A stretch of 64,000 bases of DNA, from positions 23,870,001-23,934,000 of the forward strand of contig NC_043008.1 in the NCBI RefSeq assembly GCF_006345805.1, read 5' to 3'. The notes beneath the pieces are model-generated. The model saw nothing but the letters and a program-made list of their open reading frames with translations, was not told the origin of the DNA and did not search any database. Positions within the stretch are counted from its first letter, which is position 1, and each line of letters begins with the position of its first letter. The stretch comes from Octopus sinensis (lineage: Eukaryota). This document shows, piece by piece, positions 44,148 to 57,347 of this stretch. A program made the position numbers and the translations under genes.

Positions 44148-44300
44148 GGCGGCGAGTTGGTAGACGCATCAGCGCGCGGAGGGCAAAATTCATCGTCACA
44201 TTTCTTCTTTCGCCGATGTCAGCATTGCTTTTCATCCTTCCAGGGGCGATAAAATATATAGCAGTTGAACACTAAGGTCGATGAAATTGACTTACTCCTT
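44148..44300 (+). mobile_element. SINE family B, diverged
   Basis: gggcggcgagttggtaga..ttgcttttcatccttccaggggcgataaaat. Confidence 0.6.
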
Positions 44301-45278
44301 CTCTAAATATATTGGGAAGGGGTAAATTTAGGCCTGCGCCTAAATACGAAACCATTATTTTGTTTACAATATCCTACCTAAGACTGATAGTATTTGATTT
44401 AAGGTAAGTGCTCAGATATGGTTACGTTCGCCGAAAAAGTTGTACAATTTATAATATATATTGGGCGTTAGATGCATATTTTCAGCTTCCAATGCATGTT
44501 TGTATATTATTTTTCATTCTACATTCTACTTGGTTCTGCTGTTTACTGTTTTATAGTAATATACAAATAATTTTGCCTTCGATTTCTTTCTTTACCAAAA
44601 CCACATACCCATTTCTGTTTCTAACGAAAATTCTCAACAGATGAAGTACTTTTTATTATCTATAAAGGGACTGCATTAAAGTCAAACTTCACTGTTCTCT
44701 TGATTGACTGAAGCTGTTTTGGGAATTCATAATTATGGATATAAAGGGAAGGAATATAAAACAGATTTTATTGTGTAACGTTTTGTATTTTTCCTGTTTT
44801 ATTTGATTTTGAATTGCCAAGAGAAAACAATAATAACAGCTGCCAATCATTGTATAAAATTATTGGAAATTAGTTGACTGTAGGAAGATTTAGGTCTCAC
44901 AGACATGGTCTCACTACCTTGGTCGTCATCGATGGCATATTCATGTCGATGTCGTTTGTTATTTTCTTCCCTTGTATCGGAGATAATCATGAATGTATGC
45001 TGCTGTCAAACACGGGACAAAATCACTCAGTCTTGGTAATTTTAGGAAGTAGGTATTGAATACTTATTACAGCAAAGTAGTAATATAAAAGCTTTACATA
45101 TGTAATCGAAAAGGTTAGTGGACTAAATTTTTATTGTGAATAGCAGATGCTGATTTAAATTTCATTCATTAAACAGATAATTCAGGTAGCTAACTACCCA
45201 ATATGACTTGATTTCATCGTTGAAGATTTCTCAATTCTCTGGCATCGTTACTGTTTGTACATCATTAACGCGACAATA

Positions 45279-45349
<71 letters not shown>

Positions 45350-45510
45350 ATATTATATATATATATATATATATGTCTGTGTGTGTGGAAACGAAAGCGC
45401 TGACACACTAGATGAAAACGTCTTCCAAAAAAGAGTTCATAACATATTTTAAAAGATAATTTAAAAAAGTAAACACCTTACACTTCTTAAACTGTATTAA
45501 TTCTCATAGG

Positions 45511-45558
<48 letters not shown>

Positions 45559-45610
45559 AGATCGTTAGCCACTACACACATTTTTCTCCCTCCTTGATTT
45601 TTCTGTGTCC

Positions 45611-45646
45611 CTTTCTGTAGAAGAGCGTAGGCTCGAAACGTAAAAG
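45611..45646 (+). ncRNA. Minimal type I hammerhead ribozyme with variant core CUGUAGA
   Basis: CUUU-CUGUAGA-A-GAGC guag GCUC-GAAA-CG-UA^AAAG, inside a ~190 bp solo pseudo-LTR (45555-45745) flanked by (TA)n. Confidence 0.7.
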
Positions 45647-46779
45647 ACTTTTTTCTATTCCTGAGCGCTATACTAATACATCTGTTTGTTTTGTACACCA
45701 CCTGTCTTCGTCTTTTGTTTTTTTCGTTAACTCTCCCTATATATATAGTGCAAATAAGAAAATGGAGGAGCACAATAGTTGGTTCATCAACTTTAGGACA
45801 TTAAAAAGTTTAACTTATTTATTTATTAAACTGATAATTATAATAACATACATACATATAGCATATTATTCTATGCATATAAAATAAGGATACAAATAAT
45901 TATCAAAAAATATGAATGGTAAAATATCTCTTTACCTTCACCTATTTAATACAATAGGTAAGTTAATTGCAATGCAATAAAAAGCACTTGTGTATTAATA
46001 ATTGGGTATTATACCAACAGTATATTGGATATATATTATCCCTTAGTGGGTTGGACCTACAACCCCTAACTTTCTTGGAGTTATATATATATATATATGT
46101 ACATAGATAGTAAATACATAGATAGATATACACATATATACACGTGTGTGTGTGTGTGTGTGTGAAACTTTTATCAAAGCATCTATAGATCTAAGGCTTT
46201 CAATATTTGCGAGGAAGTGTTACTAAACACAAGAAAAATTTCACGCCTAAGATGTATTTTCCAAAATAAATTGATATAAAGTAAAATTATTTTAAACCAT
46301 ATATTACAATTTCGTTTAATTTACATCGCATATATGATCTAATAAATGAAAATCGACAAAATTTGACGATACATTAACCAATAATTGAAAACATCATTTG
46401 AAATAAATGATGAATAAAAGTTTGAAATTTGCTTTCTATATTTCTGTTTCAGTCCCTTCTTATTCATCTTCGCTCATGAAGCTAAATAACGATAAATATT
46501 TTGCAATTCTTCTACGTGGGTTACGATTCCAGTCTTTTCAACATCTGTTTTATTGTCATTCTAAATATATGACTTCATAGCATGTCATCGTCTTTTCACA
46601 GCTTCCTGATCAAATGCATATCTCGTACCGAAAACTAGATTAGTTTTCTGTTCAGAACTGTTCAGAACTGTAATTAAGATTATACTAAGAATATCTGAAT
46701 GGTCATGCAAAATTTCTTATATCACTAGCATTCTTATGCGTTTATTTAGAGACAGTGAACTACATGCTCGAGTAGCAAA

Positions 46780-47130
46780 GCAGATTCAGGAAGTAATTTT
46801 ACTTCATCTACTTCTGGAATTGTAGACCAAAATATGATCAATGAAAAGATATGAGATACTTCAAGATCAAAAACAGCTGCATTTGTAGCAAACATTATAA
46901 AAGTACTATTATTTGACGAAGACAAAATCCTTCTACTAAACCTCTATATGAATCTTGGGTTGATGAAGCAAAGTATTTAGTCCCTGAGCAATCTGATTGC
47001 TTCAGATACATTCTTGATTGTTCCTTGCACCGTGTATAAGATAAAATTAATGAATTTTTAATGGTCTTGAGATTCGCAGACTTACCAAATATTTGCAGTT
47101 TATAAAATTTACAGCATTGGCATATATTTT
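46780..47130 (+). pseudogene. DNA transposase remnant, probably Chapaev3-like (CMC group)
   Basis: DKILLLNLYMNLGLMKQ..SDCFRYI..FNGLEIRRL resembles the LPPLHIKLGLMKQFVKAL..FDGPQIR motif; the family assignment is from memory. Confidence 0.5.
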
Positions 47131-47399
47131 CCCAGTGCAGTTATGTTTCAGTTGTCAAAATCTTTTGGAGTAATCACGTACTCAATTGCGTCAAAACTTG
47201 GGGTGCTAACATGGGAATAAAGATAAACTTTCTCCATCGGCTTATTTTTCAGTAATGATACATCCTTTAAATCTATTAAAATTTATAAGTCTTTTATTTA
47301 AAGCGAAAATATATGGTATTAAGTATCTAAGTATTTACAGAAGTGGATACACAGACAGCTCGAGAAACAGAGATTTTTATACTTCCTCTAAGTTTATTG

Positions 47400-48110
47400 T
47401 TCCAAAAGACTCGTTCTCTATCTGAGTCTCCCGAAAGATGTAGCAGCCAAGTTGATCCGACGGACTATCTCCTCGTCAAGGAGTCTAGTGTTAGAGATCG
47501 TGCTTTCGAGGTAGCAGAATGAATCCACATGCTATAGAGTAGCATCATCAATAACAAAGGGCTGAGTGGGGTGAGTATGAGAAGGATGATTGGAGAACTC
47601 ACTTGAAGACCGAGCCTAGAATAGTTACTGGAATCTACAGCATTGTGACCTGCACCCTTTGTCGTCTTGCGTACTGAGTTTGCCCTGTGATTTGGATGCT
47701 GGGTAACCGGCTCTCAAAGATGGTCCTCTTCAGCGAGACGAGGCTGGAGGTAGGCATCATTCACGTCCAAAACATCATTTTCATGTTTATCTCAAGTGGT
47801 CTTTCATTTTATTCGATGTCCCTCCCAATTAGTTGGAAGCGCTGGCTGTTAACTGGAAGCCATGAAGTTTGTGTGTCATGCTGGAGTAGAGCTCTTTGAA
47901 ACTGAATGCAGTAGACTGCATGAAGAGAGAAGACGTCGTTATCAACCCCTGCGGCTGTTGTTTACGGTCACTTTCTGTATCCAGAGTGCTACAGAATCTG
48001 CCTATCTCAAATCGGTCTTGTCAGCGATGTCTGCTCTCGTGAGAAATGATGTGTTGGAGGCAGAGGATATGTCTTGGATCCACGCTGTCATCACCATGGG
48101 CTGTGGTAAA
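47400..48110 (-). mobile_element. RTE/BovB-type LINE RT remnant
   Basis: HVDSFCYLESTISNTRLLDEEIVRRINLAAT. Confidence 0.75.
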
Positions 48111-48586
48111 CAAGCAAGCAACTTATAGAAGTTCTTTTTCGTTATTGTTTATGTGTTCTTTAATCGTCAGTGTTAAAAAAAAAGAAGTATCACTACAGAC
48201 GGTATCGATATAAAATAATAACCGGAGGAGTAAATTTAGGTGTAGAATAGATATTTTTTGTAATGATGCAATAAAATAACCTAGATGACAATATTTTATC
48301 CTTCATAAATTTCAATAAAACTACTCGCTACTGATGATTGAAATGGATAGGAAACTTTTAACAGAGTACCAGACCTGAAAATTGTAATGTTTGAATATGG
48401 TTTATTCCTTTGTACATCACCAATAACATCCTTCATCATTAGTGATTTTTGTAAGGGGACGTCTTAAGCGTGCCATTCGTGGGAGTTACAATAACCTTTT
48501 GTTAATAATATAGCAAGCTGTTGATAAAATTTAATCGAAATTTTCCTGTTTAGCGGCTTTGAAACGTTCATGAATTTCACCAGCGT

Positions 48587-48588
<2 letters not shown>

Positions 48589-48673
<85 letters not shown>

Positions 48674-48690
48674 ACAGCAGTAGTAGTAGT
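48589..48690. repeat. (AGT)n microsatellite
   Basis: Directly visible. Confidence 0.97.
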
Positions 48691-49061
48691 GGTGCCTGCC
48701 GAACATGGTTATAGCTGCTACATTTTCTAAATATAGAAAGCTCTTTCAAAATACAAATTTTATAATCTCTAGAATATGATTAATGGAAATTCTGCAATCA
48801 TTTAATAGCTGTAGAGATTGAAAATTATATGAATCCATTCTGTTGTTTTCTTACGTAAACAGAAAAAATAACTGTTTCGTAGATTACCGTCACCATCCGA
48901 CAAAATGCACTCTTATTCCTCGGTTATTAAGAGCAGGATGTGTTACTGATTTGTCTAAAATGTAATAGCCGGTCACATAGTTAATTCACAAGCATATATT
49001 AAACTCCACTTGTTTTCTTTTACACACACACGCACGCACACACACACACACACACACACAA

Positions 49062-49094
<33 letters not shown>

Positions 49095-50204
49095 ACACAC
49101 ACACACACACACACACAAGTACGCATATATACATATAGGTATATTTGTAGACATGTGTACATATAATTATCTGTGTGCGTGTATGTATGCATGGATATAT
49201 ATGTATGTATATAAGTACTTTTACGAACATGGAGAGTTCAAGGTGAATCTGTGCCAAGCGGCTTCACTCTTTGTACTTTAGCTTCTTTACTATAGCAACA
49301 GTCCGGATACTTATGGATCAGACCGCGTAGATGTATATTTTGTGTGTATGTGAGTGTATGAGTTAATGTGTTGTTAAACTGATATGCATGTGTGTGTGTG
49401 GCAATATACGTACTAATTGTAGAAAAGTATTTAAATGGGCGCAATTCATATGATGTCAGTACAAACTTTAGTTATGTGTTTGTTAACATTATGCTTCCTC
49501 TCAGTTCCTCTTTCTCTGTTTCCTTCTCATTATTATAAAATGTTTACTATTGTCCCCACTAAACCCATAAATAATTATGACCATGATCTATGATATTTAA
49601 GACCTCTGCTCTTAGAGTGTTACTGACTTCCCCTTAAATTCAACTGTTTTCTTAACAAATTCACTTGTCTTGCTAAACACTTAGCAAGGAGGTGAATTCA
49701 AATTCTCTACATACCTATATCATTATTTATTAATTGAAGTATTCATCAGCAAATATTGTTGCTGAAACATCTGTTGTGAATTGTTAGACTTCGCTTCTTT
49801 TCTTATTTTATACAAACACCATTCCTAGAACAATCTCGAGAATGGATCAACAACTTACGTTAGATAGGGCACCTGTATGTGCACATATTTGTATTCACGT
49901 ACGTACATAAATATTTGTATGTATTACGTATGAATGTGTAAAGATGTATGTATATGTATATTGTTTCATATTTGCCCACTCACAGACGGTTCCCGGCGTC
50001 CTACACGCTGAAATACGTGAATTCTAACGAATCCTACAATTGAATGATATGTGTGGTGTGTGTGTCTTTGAGTCTGTGTTTGTCTCTTGCCATCGCTTGA
50101 CAACCAGTGTTGGTGTGTTTACGTCCCCGTAACGTAGTAGTTCGGTTAAGCGGCAGATAGAATAAGTACTAGGCTTAAAAGAATAAGTACTGGGGTCTAA
50201 TAAG

Positions 50205-51145
50205 TAGAAAAATTATTATCTCTAAATCTCTCAACGAGAGACATTCAGTAAAAGTACTCTAAAATAGAGATTATTTGCCAACATAATGTGGAAGTCCCGG
50301 TTGGGACGGATATATCTATTATTTAGCCCCAGGAAGCATCATCTCCAGCTGGCTATATGAAACACAATCTGTGTCCTTATATTTTTCCAACAGGGGAGTT
50401 TAGCACCCCCACTCAGCACAGAGCAATATCAGTGGACCGGAGTTTCTGGGTTATTTCTCTTCATTGGCACAGAATAACTGCTCTACTGAGATGGTGCTTC
50501 CAAATTTCCGTTCGAAAATATATATAATTTTTAAAGTGGCACACAGTTACTGATCTAATGAATAGAAAACTTATTATTTCTAAATCTCTCAGCGAGAGAC
50601 ATTCAGTGACAGTAACCTAAAGTAAAGATTATTTGCCAACATAATGTGGCAGTCCGGTTGGGACGAATGTTACTGTTATTTAGCCCCAGGAAGCATCATC
50701 TCAGCTGGCTATATGAAACACAATCTGTGTCCTTATATTTTTCCAACAGGGGAGTTTAGCACCCCCACTCAGCACAGAGCAATATCAGTGGACCGGAGTT
50801 TCTGGGTTATTTCTCTTCATTGGCACAGAATAACTGCTCTACTGAGATGGTGCTTCCAAATTTCCGTTCGAAAATATATATAATTTTTAAAGTGGCACAC
50901 AGTTACTGATCTAATGAATAGAAAACTTATTATTTCTAAATCTCTCAGCGAGAGACATTCAGTGACAGTAACCTAAAGTAAAGATTATTTGCCAACATAA
51001 TGTGGCAGTCCCGGTTGGGACGAATGTTACTGTTATTTAGCCCCAGGAAACATCATCTTCAGCTGGCTATACGAAGCAGTCTGTATCCTTATATTTTCAA
51101 ACCCAACCGTTATGTTGGCAAATAAGCTTTACTTTTGAGTACTGG
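50205..51145. repeat. Tandem array of a ~357 bp unit (2.5 copies) capped by a short inverted copy
   Basis: Units start at 50205, 50563 and 50919; 51102-51145 is a reverse-complement piece of the unit (cccaaccg..ttatgttggcaaataa..ctttacttt). Confidence 0.9.
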
Positions 51146-51539
51146 AGTCAGTTGCGATCAATGCATCGTTACTGCAAACAGATTTAGACAAACTTTCACT
51201 TGCACTGATCAACGAATATATAAATAAAAGTACAAGTACTTAAAAATGTGTACATTGTACATAGCACCAGGGACATGAGTTAACTAAGTTTGGAATCGAA
51301 ACTGTGAAAGAGCGTTATCATTTTTTTCAAACATTTGTCTTGTACACATGTTGAAATGTTGCAAGCAAATTACAATAATTTTTTTTAAAAGTGTATTGCG
51401 AATTGCTTGAATTATTATAATCATCATCATTACTATTGTCGCTATAGCTGGAGGTATGGTTTTGAGTGGCGTAAATTTATGACTAACTCACTTGTTTGAA
51501 AGGTACTATATTGCATTTTGTTATTTAAATCGTTTTGCA

Positions 51540-52720
51540 AGCCATCTACCCTTCGGAGTGGAGGCGGGGGCGGGGGGGTCTGACGTTTGTTAACCAAATC
51601 CCCATTCTGGGGGTGATACATACCTTTTTGTTTTCAAATTTCTTCGAAAATTTGTTTCGAAGAAAGTAAACATTGAATATGGCGGGAGTGAGAAAGGATT
51701 GTGGTACGGCAATTTTTACGAGGACTTCCTCGTAATTGGTAGCAGACAGCAGGAAGAAAAAGGAAGATGAAAAGTGAAGAGTCAACAAAAAAAGAAAGAA
51801 GATGAAAAGCAGAAAGAAGGTGAGAGGAAGGAAAGAATAAAGTCTCCCGCACTACATGGAAATTGTAGTAGCACGAAAAACAACACTGAAAGCAACTGCG
51901 GCGAAGAAAATAACAAAAATGGAGTTAGCGGCGGGAAAGAGACTTTTGCATATATCACGGCAGCTAAGGAATTGGTTAACATCTAATTGGAGAACAAAAT
52001 AGAAAAACTAAACAAAGGCAGCAAAATATATGAAAATGAATGGAAGGAGGGCAGAATTGATGCCTCCAAGCGACGTGCTTGAAGCAACAGCCAAACGGGA
52101 GAGTTGCCTACAGGTGCGTGAACACGAAGATAAGGAAACTCAAAAACGCTAAACGCGACCATGTGGAAAAAGCTTTGAAAGACATATGGCAGGATATCTA
52201 CCACATTGTGAGATCGAGGCAGTACAGCAGAGGCAGGCAATACAGAGCTCGGCGACCACGCGTCGCACTGAGGAAATTGCCCTCTTCCAAACGAAAGCAC
52301 CACAACCCATAAATCGACAAAGACAAAAAGAACAACAACAGCAGAAAGGTAACAACAACTATATAAGAGAACCAGAACAAACAACACCAGAAGAAAACAT
52401 ACAAGATACGGACTCCTCCACGCATCAAAATGTTGATGAGGGGAAGCCCAGAAGGCAAAGAAAATAAACCTAAAACAAAACAAATAGGCACCGAAAAAAG
52501 GGAGAAATCCCAGAAACACAGACACATTGATGACAACACCAACACTACAAGCACCACAATCACCAACGCCATCACAAACACCCACAACAGAATCAAAAAC
52601 ACAACAAACATTAAGAACAAAAATGTCACTACAACAGCAGCAACCATCCGCGCAGCAGCGAAATTTCGTGCTAGTGCGAAGGGCCAATGAAAAGCTGATG
52701 GCTGTCATAGCACACAACGA
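51540..52720 (+). mobile_element. Possible LINE 5' region / ORF1 remnant (charged, T/N-rich low complexity)
   Basis: Purine-rich, K/E/Q/T-rich broken frames; no clear motif; the minus-strand ORF 51983-52726 is a composition artefact. Confidence 0.3.
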
Positions 52721-52739
52721 GAACATTTAAACTGCTTTC

Positions 52740-53520
52740 GGCCAGGGGCGTGGGGTTTCTCTTGGGCATGTGATGGAACGTTCTAAACTGTGCCAGAACA
52801 GTAGTTTCAACTGTTTAGCATTCATGTATACAAGTAAAATGGAGCAGTTTTCCACGAGCCTCTGCATTACTGTCGAATACAACAAAGCAGATATACGAAT
52901 TATTTTTCGCACTTCATCCCATGGCAGATTTCGAAGTTGCAGTTCATAAGGATATTTAATTCATCATTCCCTAATTCCTCTATCGTGGCATGTTTGTTTC
53001 ATTTGAGCCAGTCAGTATTTCGAAAAACTACAGGTTTAGGTCTCAAAGACAAATACAATAAAGACTTTTAGTTCTGTCTTAAAATTCGATGTTTTTCAAC
53101 ATTAGCCTTCCTACCCGTTGGAGATGTCGAAGAAACCTATGAAGAATTAATAAACGATGAAGAAATACCTGCTGAATTCATCGCTTACTTCGACTTGACT
53201 CACATAGGTGTTGTGGGAGTACGTGGTGCTAGACGAAGGAGAGAATCGGCGTATTCTTCAATATCTTCCCAGAGCAAATAATGCTGCAGAGAGGTTTCAT
53301 TCTGCAATAAGGTGTTCACCAGATGGAGCACATTTGAATATTTGGAAGTTAATCAAAACTCTGAAGGAAGGGGAAGGGTTTGTTGAAGGTAAAACGACTC
53401 AAATTCTTCGAGGAGATTCGTCAAATTCATGTACATGATATCGAAGAATAATTGAACGCCACGAAAAATTGGTCGTTGAATATGGGACAAGAAAAATTGA
53501 TTTTTTGAAGTGTGGCATAT
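52740..53520 (+). pseudogene. MULE (Mutator-like) transposase remnant
   Basis: WACDGTF, ADFEVAV, ACLFHLSQSVFRK, LAFLPVGDVEETYEEL, PRANNAAERFH..HLNIWKLIKTL. Confidence 0.88.
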
Positions 53521-54538
53521 AATTTGCATCAATTTTAAGTGATCATAATAAATCGTTAATTATATCTTAGTTTTTTAAATGACTTTGTTTTAAATACAGT
53601 TTTTCACAGTATTTTATTTGGCTAAAGACATCATCAGGGGGAACCTCGTCCGGCCTCGGTCCCTAATTTTCTACCATTTCGACGTGGTGCCCCTCCCCCT
53701 TTTGGGAGTGTCTTCAGCTCTGGTGTTGAGTGCGTTTCTTCTTTCTCTTTTTTTCTTTTGTTCTTTGGTTTCTTCGATGCAGCGTCAAGCAATGTCAGCG
53801 GACGAATGACCATCCTGCCAAATTTCCCTTTAAATACTTGCCAGTAGGCTCCAGCATCCAGAACCAGCTACATGTCAGGTGATACCGTCTGAGGTTCAAC
53901 TGACTAATAGAGGAGAAGGGTGCGTAGTTTTAGCCCGCAACCCTCTCTAAACCTGCCTTCCAACAGTGTCGTGTTAGTTTCACTTCCAGCAGCCAGAGCC
54001 GACCAGCTGTTTGGTGGTACAAGTCTTTGAACCAGGAGGGCGCGATATCAACGAGATCGCTACCTTGGCTCACCTTTCAATCAGCCATGCGTCAGGCAGC
54101 CTCACCTAGCGACGCTATTTCCCAGTCGGCATGTTATGGCTTTCAAGCCGTGTTGGGTTTTCTCGTTTCAGTCATATATAGAAGCTGAATTTTTCGACTG
54201 CCTCCTGTCCTTATTACTTTTTTCAAATCCGCAGCCAGCTCCCAGTATTCCTTTCATCTTTCGTCTACCTCGTATAGTTTATTTGAAGGCCTGGTCTCAT
54301 GTCCTTTTCCTTCTGGAAGTATATCCCTCCGCGCTTTGTATGTCTTTCGTTCTTCTAACCACTACAAATGACTCTGCATTCTGATGATGTCTACCACTAC
54401 AACTGGTAAACAGAAACGATCGTAAATGTACTATTACTACCACTTTTCTTGATTAAGTGATTAAATAAATAGCTTACTAGCGCAAACGACCAAGTTCATC
54501 CTGTTATTTTTCCTCTAATTTCTTCTTGCATATATACG

Positions 54539-54635
<97 letters not shown>

Positions 54636-54927
54636 CAAATAAAACTTAGTTGGAAATGGATGCGTGGCGTTCAATCATATAATAATATAAATAATATATA
54701 AATATATATGCATACATACACATATATATGTACATACATATATTTGTATATACATTCATATACGGGCACAGGATACCACGGTACATCAACAGCATGAAAT
54801 ACGAAAACATGGAGTACGAACTTTTTTGCGATCAACGAAATAAACAAAAGGAAAACAAGACAGGTAACATGAAAAAAAACGATCCTTCATCAGTTGTTGG
54901 TTGTTTTTCTACTTCGTATTTCGAGCA

Positions 54928-54961
<34 letters not shown>

Positions 54962-55300
54962 GTTGTTTAGTTTTTATTTTTACCGTTATTGTTTTTACGT
55001 TTTTGTATTCTTATTGGTGTCACGTATTCTGTATTTTTGTTTGTGTACTTCGATCGTTTTCCGTCCTTTCGTTGTATACATTCGAAGCTTTCTTCCAGGG
55101 GATCTAATGCGCTTGGCTTAGATTTCCCTTGGCGGGCTGGCCATATCGGAGCAATCTCAAGATTAATCAGCCGAAATTGCTAAGATGATCTGGTTCTTGA
55201 CTGATGACTGAGGGCTTCGAATGTCCCGTCCTGTGGTTCTTGTGTCGTCTCTGTGGTGTTTCATGTTCTTGTCCATGTCTGTAATTAATTTTACTGTTTA

Positions 55301-55335
<35 letters not shown>

Positions 55336-55340
<5 letters not shown>

Positions 55341-55720
55341 TAAATAAATGGAGTTTAACGCAGGTGTAATCAAATATTTTTACTTTCGACACATGTTTCG
55401 AAAATTCCACTGACACTATTCAAAAGAATAAATGGTATAAACAATGCAATCTTCTCCTCAGCAAAGTGAAAAAAGCGAAACTTGTCAATAAGACATTTTA
55501 GCAAAAAAATGATGGATTTGCATAGCGATAGACAGAACGCTATTAATATTGTTTAAAAAAACGTTATATAACAAGTTTCGCTTTTTTCACTTTGCTGAGG
55601 AGAAGATTGCATTGTTTATGCCATTTATTCTTTTGAATAGTATCAGTGGAATTTTCGAAACATGTGTCGAAAGTAAAAACATTTTATTACACCTGCGTTA
55701 AACTCCATTTATTTATTCAT
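55336..55720. mobile_element. 150 bp near-perfect inverted repeat carrying two divergent HHRs
   Basis: Arms 55336-55485 and 55571-55720. HHR on plus at 55589-55674: ACUUUg-CUGAGGA-GAAGA..UUUUC-GAAA-CAUGUG-UC^gAAAGU; mirror copy on minus at 55382-55467. Confidence 0.85.
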
Positions 55721-55857
55721 ATATTATTCAAAATATTCAACGTAAACACGAAGTTTCTACCTTTATAAACAAGGAGTTACATCTTTACTTGTGAGATTTT
55801 TGCTACCCTGGTAACTATTTACTTATTTTTTCCGTGTTAATTGTTAACAAGGTAAAA

Positions 55858-55875
55858 ATACACTCATCTATTTAT

Positions 55876-55938
<63 letters not shown>

Positions 55939-56159
55939 CATACATACACATACACATGCACATATATATGTATGTAGGTGCAGGAGTGGCTGTGTGGTAA
56001 GTAGCTTGCTTACGAACCACATGGTTCCGGTTTCATTCCCACTGCGTGGCACCTTGGACAAGTGTCTTCTACTATAGCCTCGGGCCGACCAAAGCCTTGT
56101 GAGTGGATTTGGCAGACGGTAACTGAAAGAAGCCCGTCGTATATATGTATATATGCATA

Positions 56160-56222
<63 letters not shown>

Positions 56223-56246
56223 GCATATATACATATATATACACTC

Positions 56247-56279
<33 letters not shown>

Positions 56280-56458
56280 CATACATACACATACACATGC
56301 ACATATATATGTATGTAGGTGCAGGAGTGGCTGTGTGGTAAGTTGCTTGCTTACGAACCACATGGTTCCGGTTTCATTCCCACTGCGTGGCACCTTGGAC
56401 AAGTGTCTTCTACTATAGCCTCGGGCCGACCAAAGCCTTGTGAGTGGATTTGACAGAC

Positions 56459-56547
<89 letters not shown>

Positions 56548-56750
56548 ATATGTTTGTGTGTCTGTTTGTCTCCCCAACCTCGCTTGACAACCGATGGTGG
56601 TGTGTTTACGTCCTCGTAACTTTGCGGTTCGGCAGAGAGACGATAAATTAAGTACTAGGCTTCCAAAGAATGAGTCCTGGGGTCATTTGCTCGACTAAAG
56701 GCGGTGCCCCAGCATGGCTGCAGTCAAATGACTGAAACAAGTAAAAGAGT
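55858..56750 (+). mobile_element. SINE family A with local tandem duplication of its 5' half and flank (~380 bp period)
   Basis: acactcatctattt(at)n..catgcacatatatatgtatgtaggtgcaggagtgg occurs at ~55860 and ~56240; the 3' half occurs once at 56530-56750. Confidence 0.85.
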
Positions 56751-57028
56751 AAGATATATATATATATATATATATATATAGTAATGCAATACGAGAGTAT
56801 TGCTTTCCAGTAAAGAATAGCCCGCGAGGGAAAATTATACATAGAAGTAAATATATGGCACAACGAAGTACCGATATTTACTGGAAAATAGCGAACGTAA
56901 TAATACGACGCTAATGTATAGCTTCACCGCGTATGTACTAACAAAAATGCGTGGGTGCAACAAACTAGAAAAAAATTGTCTTACCTCCAGAGAGAACATC
57001 TGAAAGATGAAATACCTAGAAAGGGATA

Positions 57029-57107
57029 ATGTGGGACCGGGACCGGTTTCAGATTTTTCAAGATATGCCTGCACACATATACTTGATTTATCTTCATCAG
57101 CCAACAT
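57029..57107 (-). ncRNA. Type I hammerhead ribozyme
   Basis: AUGUUGG-CUGAUGA-AGAU aaa UCAAG u AUAUG-loop-CAUAU CUUGA aaa AUCU-GAAA-CCGG uc CCGG-UC^CCACAU. Confidence 0.88.
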
Positions 57108-57347
57108 ACACCATGACATTATTACGTTCGCTATTTTCCAGTAAATATCGGTACTTCGTGGTGCCATATATTTACTTCTATGTATAATTTTCCCTCACGA
57201 GCTATTCTTTACTGGAAAGCAATACTCTCGTATTGCATTACTATTTTTATTGAAACTTCTTCACTGTTCTCGTTCTGTCAGCGTTTTGGCGTTTCAGTCG
57301 AGTGTATTGGTATTAATGTGGCAACATCTGAAATGTTGTCGTGGTGT

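Noticed and set aside
50290-50310. Twister- or HDV-like reading of gtcccaaccgggac
   Set aside because: It is a simple hairpin; the twister pseudoknot partners and the HDV L3/P1.1 elements are absent.
51983-52726. 247 aa minus-strand ORF as a membrane protein
   Set aside because: It is the antisense of an A/C-rich low-complexity tract; the hydrophobicity is compositional.
53600-54380. RTE 5' end with an HDV-like ribozyme
   Set aside because: Only a faint W..VR/TLLD resemblance, and no nested double pseudoknot could be built.
54880-54930. Minus-strand GAAA..CUGAUGA (type II order)
   Set aside because: Helices I, II and III do not pair convincingly.
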